Shown here: piece by piece, positions 62,601-64,000 of the stretch
How positions within the stretch are numbered: position 1 is the first letter of the stretch
Layout: each line of letters starts with the position of its first letter
Assembly: GCA_024137785.1 (NCBI GenBank)
Contig: JAHRHZ010000058.1
Coordinates: 10,340,255-10,404,254, forward strand
Source: Ginglymostoma cirratum
Lineage: Eukaryota
Direction of reading: 5' to 3'
Length of the DNA stretch: 64,000 nucleotides
Made by a program: the position numbers and the translations under genes
The notes under the pieces: generated by a model
Told to the model about the DNA's origin: nothing
What the model saw: only the letters and a program-made list of their open reading frames with translations
Databases searched by the model: none

Positions 62601-64000
62601 CTCCTGAATAACTATTTTACTCAAATGTAAACTTCAGGAAGCTCCACAAGTGCAGGATTCATTTCAGTAGAAAATTTAATTTCCCAGTCAATTCCTTCAG
62701 AGGGTGTTATAATGAGGGATTCTGCAGGATGTACACATATAACCCATATCTAGTATAACCATCTGGCCAGTCACAAAGAACAACTAGAAACAATCTTCTA
62801 ACAGTAATTTCTCTGCCATTTTTATGCTTTGCTTTTGGCAAGCACAGGAATGTAAACTGTTCAATTTTAATGCCACATATTCAAAACTTCTGCTCTCTCT
62901 GATCTTTTTAACTTCACCATAAAGTTCAATTTCTAATAAATCTACAGTGCAGATGCATGTTTCTTTTATATTCAACATATCCATGGCAAATAAACTGTTT
63001 CTGGGCACAAAAGTAAAAATAAGAAAGCAATTTGAAATGTTCAATATGACTCAAACACCGAAGTCTCATTCTGTTCTAAAGTCTTCCCATCAGTGATAGA
63101 CTTTTGGAATATAATGCAACACACAAAATTAAAAAATCTGAATGAAGCACTGATCAGCAGCTTCCTTGCTTTCAAATATCATTACCTTACATTAGTACAT
63201 GAGGTAAACAAATGAAATATGTTCTCTACAAATCCACCACATTCACGACATAAAATTCAACGCACCAGATATCCTCTTCAGGAGTGGTCTTCCTCCAACT
63301 GAACGATATTTTTTATGATTCGATTTTCTACTTAGTTTTTCCACCTGTACAGACTTTCTTTTGTTAGTAATAACATCCTTTTCTTGTGCATCTGACAAGA
63401 ACTCAGAACTTTTTCTTTTTCTGCCAGAAAAGGATTGTTGGTTAGCGAGACTTGGATTTCTGTTTTCAGCATCAGTATGTACAATACCAACAGAATGTGA
63501 ACTGGAATTAGTGTTGACTTCAATATCTTTCTTCCTTGATAGCTTAACCTTTCTCTCAAATTCAAGAGGTCTTACAGAGTTACTTTTGGTTGTTGTAGTG
63601 GTGTAGACAGGGAGTAATTTGACTTGAGCAGCCGAGTAATGTGAGTGCTGTTTACGTTGCTGTGCACTCTGACGGCCATTAGACGTTTTTGACGACACAA
63701 AAAAAGTTAACCTTGACTTAAGCGGTCCCAGTTCTTCCACATTTATAACAGGGGGAGAACCCTTCTCTGGCCTGGATGATCCATGTGTCCCCACTAAGCT
63801 CAACCTCTCATTACTTCTCTTCTGTTTTGAAGAATTTCCTGACTGCGATGCAATTTTGTTTGAGGTTGTTTCAACAGCCTGTACTTGACTTAAACTTGGT
63901 AAAGACTGATTCATAGTTTCTAATGCATCCTTCAAAAACTGATCTGGCGAGAGCACCGACTCAGCAATTACTTCAGGGTCTCCTTCAGGAACATAACTGT
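5557..64000 (-). CDS. ASPM: ASPM gene span, 5'-truncated by the window edge; 27 coding exons encoding a katanin-binding repeat, two CH domains, a very long IQ array and the conserved C-terminal region
   Basis: Spliced translation matches vertebrate ASPM motifs ([36 protein letters not shown]; [17 protein letters not shown]; [15 protein letters not shown]). Junctions are GT-AG with consistent phases. Exon lengths sum to 9866 nt, in frame to TAG. Confidence 0.98.
5816..5988 (-). CDS. ASPM: ASPM exon 27 (173 bp)
   Basis: TTTCAG| [26 protein letters not shown]...[12 protein letters not shown] |GTAAGA. Confidence 0.96.
6091..6229 (+). mobile_element. Short Penelope-related element with a decayed hammerhead motif (6134-6168)
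   Basis: CTGAAGA-GGAGTC-loop-GACTC, but GAAA is lost; homologous to the 23946-24141 copy. Confidence 0.7.
6480..6656 (-). CDS. ASPM: ASPM exon 26 (177 bp)
   Basis: CTCCAG| [26 protein letters not shown]...[13 protein letters not shown]...RAM |GTGAGC. Confidence 0.97.
7105..7425 (+). mobile_element. CR1 LINE 3' fragment
   Basis: [35 protein letters not shown]...FKIHLDKYM; tail atgactctgtgact. Confidence 0.85.
9600..10042 (-). mobile_element. tRNA-headed SINE (same family as 55870-56178), interrupted by a 90-bp insertion
   Basis: Reverse complement matches the 55870 copy (ggcctagtg...ttaatccagaga...cccatctggttcactaat). Confidence 0.8.
9702..9791 (+). mobile_element. 90-bp hammerhead-bearing insertion with 12-bp TSD
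   Basis: AGTT CTGAGGA AGGGTC ACTG GACCC GAAAC ATT AACT at 9702-9739; TSD ttgctgtgg(g/a)tc at 9690-9701 and 9792-9803. Confidence 0.85.
10335..10489 (-). CDS. ASPM: ASPM exon 25 (155 bp)
   Basis: TTTTAG| [18 protein letters not shown]...[26 protein letters not shown] |GTACTA. Confidence 0.97.
11006..11198 (-). CDS. ASPM: ASPM exon 24 (193 bp)
   Basis: CTGTAG| [11 protein letters not shown]...[28 protein letters not shown] |GTTTGT. Confidence 0.96.
11513..11704 (-). CDS. ASPM: ASPM exon 23 (192 bp)
   Basis: TTATAG| [12 protein letters not shown]...[13 protein letters not shown]...AIIKIQ |GTACTA. Confidence 0.95.
11970..12240 (+). mobile_element. Degenerate Deu-domain SINE (SacSINE1/AmnSINE1-like)
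   Basis: aaggctgaca...tgctgcattattggaagtgctatctt...aaaagatcc...tcctggtcaaca resembles the Deu core; similar to the 52405 copy. Confidence 0.6.
12270..12445 (+). mobile_element. CR1 LINE 3' tail
   Basis: [11 protein letters not shown] motif plus CR1 3' UTR. Confidence 0.7.
12731..12880 (-). CDS. ASPM: ASPM exon 22 (150 bp)
   Basis: TTACAG| LVEQK...[16 protein letters not shown]...NSVIFIQ |GTAAAA. Confidence 0.96.
13850..14140 (+). mobile_element. CR1 reverse-transcriptase fragment
   Basis: Decayed (C)LxNL...YIDFPKVFD (YxDFxKAFD) motif. Confidence 0.6.
14300..14403 (-). mobile_element. Short hammerhead-bearing Penelope-related element
   Basis: Minus strand AGTT CTGAGGC AGAGTC ACCG GACCT GAAAC ATT AACT at 14366-14403; imperfect TSD atgacaa.a.ac at 14286-14297 and 14408-14419. 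Confidence 0.8.
15392..15998 (+). mobile_element. Gypsy (Gmr1-like) LTR retrotransposon gag remnant
   Basis: Start [11 protein letters not shown]..., an E/K/R-rich coiled-coil stretch, then [20 protein letters not shown]-type motif; frame-disrupted. Upstream 14650-15260 may be LTR/PBS. Confidence 0.65.
17400..18160 (+). mobile_element. CR1 LINE ORF2 3' fragment, decayed
   Basis: [15 protein letters not shown] / [15 protein letters not shown] motifs ([13 protein letters not shown]...). Confidence 0.75.
18301..18510 (-). CDS. ASPM: ASPM exon 21 (210 bp)
   Basis: TTGCAG| [16 protein letters not shown]...[13 protein letters not shown] |GTATGA. Confidence 0.96.
19930..20700 (-). pseudogene. PIF/Harbinger (HARBI1-like DDE) transposase remnant
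   Basis: Ordered motifs on the minus strand: [24 protein letters not shown]; [16 protein letters not shown]; SSHEA; G*LLG; LMTPLLN; SHSTSRA; [14 protein letters not shown]; [10 protein letters not shown]. Multiple stops and frameshifts. Confidence 0.85.
22610..22790 (+). mobile_element. Hairpin-shaped Penelope-related element with hammerhead motif (22674-22702)
   Basis: Inverted arms aaaaatcaca..acaccag.ttatagtccaaca / tgttggactataacctggtgttgtgtgattttt around CTGAGGA AGGAGC TGA GCTCC GGAAGCTT. Confidence 0.75.
23946..24141 (+). mobile_element. Hairpin-shaped hammerhead-bearing element
   Basis: AGTT CTGAAGA AGAGTC ATGCTG GACTC A GAAAC ATT AACT at 24001-24041; possible TSD gcatgga at 23939-23945 and 24142-24148. 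Confidence 0.78.
24708..24867 (-). CDS. ASPM: ASPM exon 20 equivalent (160 bp)
   Basis: AACTAG| [16 protein letters not shown]...[20 protein letters not shown] |GTAGAC; phase 2 to 0. Confidence 0.9.
25790..25956 (-). CDS. ASPM: ASPM exon 19 equivalent (167 bp)
   Basis: TTTCAG| [26 protein letters not shown]...RTKQERS |GTAACA. Confidence 0.94.
27278..27427 (-). CDS. ASPM: Additional 150-bp IQ exon (18b), phase 0-0
   Basis: TTGCAG| [50 protein letters not shown] |GTATTT; continues the IQ periodicity on both sides. Confidence 0.88.
27959..33088 (-). CDS. ASPM: ASPM giant IQ exon 18 (5130 bp, 1710 codons, phase 0-0)
   Basis: TAATAG|GCT TAT TGG (AYWRRY); continuous IQxxxRG repeats (the 1694-aa ORF); ends STTKIQ|GTAATG, matching human STIKIQ. 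Confidence 0.97.
28600..30350 (-). repeat. 657-bp coding tandem repeat in exon 18 (about 2.6 copies; core 28769-29425 vs 29426-30082)
   Basis: Manual alignment of the core copies: 16 substitutions in 657 bp, no indels. Flanking partial copies are more diverged. Confidence 0.95.
35858..36415 (-). mobile_element. Young-looking 5'-truncated CR1 LINE, sense to ASPM
   Basis: [23 protein letters not shown]...[15 protein letters not shown]...[12 protein letters not shown]...WNALP; (TTCTATG)n tail at 35858-35879. Confidence 0.92.
36428..36622 (-). CDS. ASPM: ASPM exon 17 (195 bp), IQ motifs
   Basis: TTTTAG| [16 protein letters not shown]...[12 protein letters not shown]...AATLLQ |GTTAGA. Confidence 0.96.
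37711..37839 (-). CDS. ASPM: ASPM exon 16 (129 bp)
   Basis: TTACAG| [34 protein letters not shown]...Q |GTAGTG. Confidence 0.97.
38068..38284. mobile_element. Palindromic hammerhead-bearing element with 11-bp TSD
   Basis: Inverted arms of about 80 bp (38067-38148 / 38165-38246); minus-strand HHR at 38128-38167; TSD aaaattaggta at 38057-38067 and 38285-38295. Confidence 0.85.
38344..38489 (-). CDS. ASPM: ASPM exon 15 (146 bp)
   Basis: TTTCAG| ...[13 protein letters not shown]...LGGVPAMI...[10 protein letters not shown] |GTAAAA. Confidence 0.97.
39088..39235. mobile_element. Hairpin hammerhead-bearing element with 17-bp TSD
   Basis: Minus core CTGATGA AGGGT CTAG GCCC GAAAC ATC at 39139-39166; TSD tcagaa(c/t)ctgaaccaga at 39071-39087 and 39236-39252. 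Confidence 0.87.
40211..40424 (-). CDS. ASPM: ASPM exon 14 (214 bp), CH2
   Basis: TTTCAG| [23 protein letters not shown]...TVEC...SDSDESS... |GTCAGT. Confidence 0.95.
40620..41000 (-). mobile_element. Old CR1 3' fragment
   Basis: Reverse-complement CR1 3' UTR and ...aaatctcctct... (RGDLI) region. Confidence 0.6.
41011..41353 (+). mobile_element. HE1-type V-SINE
   Basis: tRNA-like head (A box ggtgactcagc, B box ggtttgattcc), V-domain tgtgtggactttgcacgttctcccc...ccaaagatgtg...ttaggtggattggccatgctaa, CR1-derived tail gattctatgatt. Confidence 0.88.
42110..42400 (+). mobile_element. RTE-clade LINE 3' fragment
   Basis: [31 protein letters not shown] resembles the RTE ORF C-terminus. Confidence 0.65.
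42698..43140 (+). mobile_element. CR1 LINE 3' end
   Basis: [25 protein letters not shown]...[15 protein letters not shown]; tail (gtcttatg)n. Confidence 0.92.
43762..43980 (-). CDS. ASPM: ASPM exon 13 (219 bp)
   Basis: TCTTAG| [17 protein letters not shown]...[18 protein letters not shown] |GTAGGT. Confidence 0.95.
45331..45441 (+). mobile_element. Short tRNA-derived SINE
   Basis: A box tggcacagcgg, B-box-like gtttaagttcc; no complete cloverleaf. Confidence 0.6.
45735..45820 (-). CDS. ASPM: ASPM exon 12 (86 bp)
   Basis: TGTTAG| [28 protein letters not shown] |GTATGT. Confidence 0.97.
45914..46059 (-). CDS. ASPM: ASPM exon 11 (146 bp), CH1
   Basis: TTACAG| [31 protein letters not shown]...DEH |GTAAAA. 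Confidence 0.97.
46875..48390 (+). mobile_element. Decayed CR1 ORF2 with a nested minus-strand RTE-like fragment (about 47520-47700)
   Basis: [10 protein letters not shown] (VPxDWK) motif and later CR1 RT/C-terminal motifs; inner segment [12 protein letters not shown]...LEDG resembles an RTE C-terminus. Confidence 0.6.
48714..48889 (-). CDS. ASPM: ASPM exon 10 (176 bp), CH1 region
   Basis: ATTTAG| [25 protein letters not shown]...[10 protein letters not shown] |GTAAGT. Confidence 0.97.
50217..50386. mobile_element. Hairpin hammerhead-bearing element with perfect 15-bp TSD
   Basis: Minus core CTGAAGA AGGGT CTCT GCCC GAAAC ATC at 50318-50345; TSD taagttgtatttaat at 50202-50216 and 50387-50401; same family as 39088-39235. 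Confidence 0.9.
50911..51450 (-). mobile_element. CR1 LINE 3' end
   Basis: [25 protein letters not shown]...[20 protein letters not shown]. Confidence 0.88.
52023..52153 (-). CDS. ASPM: ASPM exon 9 (131 bp)
   Basis: TTCTAG| [21 protein letters not shown]...[14 protein letters not shown] |GTTAGA. Confidence 0.97.
52405..53400 (+). mobile_element. Deu-domain SINE (52405-52625 plus 53205-53400) split by a minus-strand CR1 fragment (about 52630-53200)
   Basis: Left part ends taaaagattccatgg...gaagaagag; right part resumes atttat...tcaatatcacaaaaactggtcattatca. Inner [18 protein letters not shown] is CR1-like. Confidence 0.65.
54771..54912 (-). CDS. ASPM: ASPM exon 8 (142 bp)
   Basis: TTTCAG| [29 protein letters not shown]...[10 protein letters not shown] |GTAAAA. 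Confidence 0.97.
55029..55096 (-). CDS. ASPM: ASPM exon 7 (68 bp)
   Basis: CTGAAG| [22 protein letters not shown] |GTAAGG. Confidence 0.96.
55870..56178 (+). mobile_element. tRNA-headed SINE whose tail resembles the 3' end of the LINE family at 1280-1712
   Basis: tggcctagtg A box, gggttcaagtccca B box, tail ctgccctttgggcaat...cacatcc...atgaat. Confidence 0.78.
56520..58460 (-). mobile_element. CR1 ORF2 fragment interrupted by an unrelated, possibly solo-LTR-like insert of about 730 bp (about 56750-57485)
   Basis: [34 protein letters not shown]...VGLIRD is CR1-like. CR1 RT sequence stops at about 56750 and resumes at about 57485. Confidence 0.7.
59390..59638 (-). CDS. ASPM: ASPM exon 6 (249 bp)
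   Basis: TTTTAG| ...[25 protein letters not shown]...LWKDI |GTAAAT. Confidence 0.97.
59959..60105 (-). CDS. ASPM: ASPM exon 5 (147 bp)
   Basis: TTGCAG| [40 protein letters not shown]... |GTGAGC. Confidence 0.97.
61350..61451 (-). CDS. ASPM: ASPM exon 4 (102 bp)
   Basis: CCACAG| ...[15 protein letters not shown] |GTAGGT; phase 1-1; resembles human VAQSSLTFIKPLKT. Confidence 0.88.
63266..64000 (-). CDS. ASPM: ASPM exon 3 equivalent (partial)
   Basis: Open frame to the window edge: ...[12 protein letters not shown]...RKRKS...RPLLKRIS; donor G|GTGCGT, phase 1. LSPDxF resembles the katanin p60/p80-binding repeat. Confidence 0.88.

Noticed and set aside
1-64000. CRISPR arrays, operons, prokaryotic defence systems, rRNA, snRNA or snoRNA genes
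   Set aside because: The window is an intron-rich vertebrate locus. I saw no regularly spaced repeat-spacer array or recognisable structural RNA gene. The remaining short ORFs are repeat-derived or chance.

Overview
Eukaryotic, AT-rich vertebrate DNA, almost certainly from a cartilaginous fish (the HE1/V-SINE, Deu-type SINE, CR1, L2, RTE and Penelope content looks shark-like). One gene dominates: ASPM (abnormal spindle-like microcephaly-associated protein) on the minus strand. It enters at the right edge inside the large exon-3 equivalent and ends at a TAG at 5557-5559. I traced 27 coding exons by hand. All internal boundaries are GT-AG with compatible phases, and they sum to 9866 nt (2 leading partial-codon bases plus 3287 aa and a stop). 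Exon numbers and human exon sizes are by recalled homology to human ASPM. The introns hold decayed retroelements, a Harbinger transposase fossil and a Gypsy gag fossil. The most notable observations are: (1) nine short, often hairpin-shaped Penelope-related insertions carrying minimal hammerhead-ribozyme motifs, six with visible target-site duplications and four in the sense strand of the ASPM pre-mRNA; (2) a recent in-frame 657-bp (9-IQ) tandem duplication in the giant IQ exon; (3) an extra 150-bp IQ exon and a lengthened exon 20 relative to human; (4) a candidate 30-nt poison microexon. No prokaryotic-type systems, rRNA or true tRNA genes were seen. Repeat boundaries are approximate.
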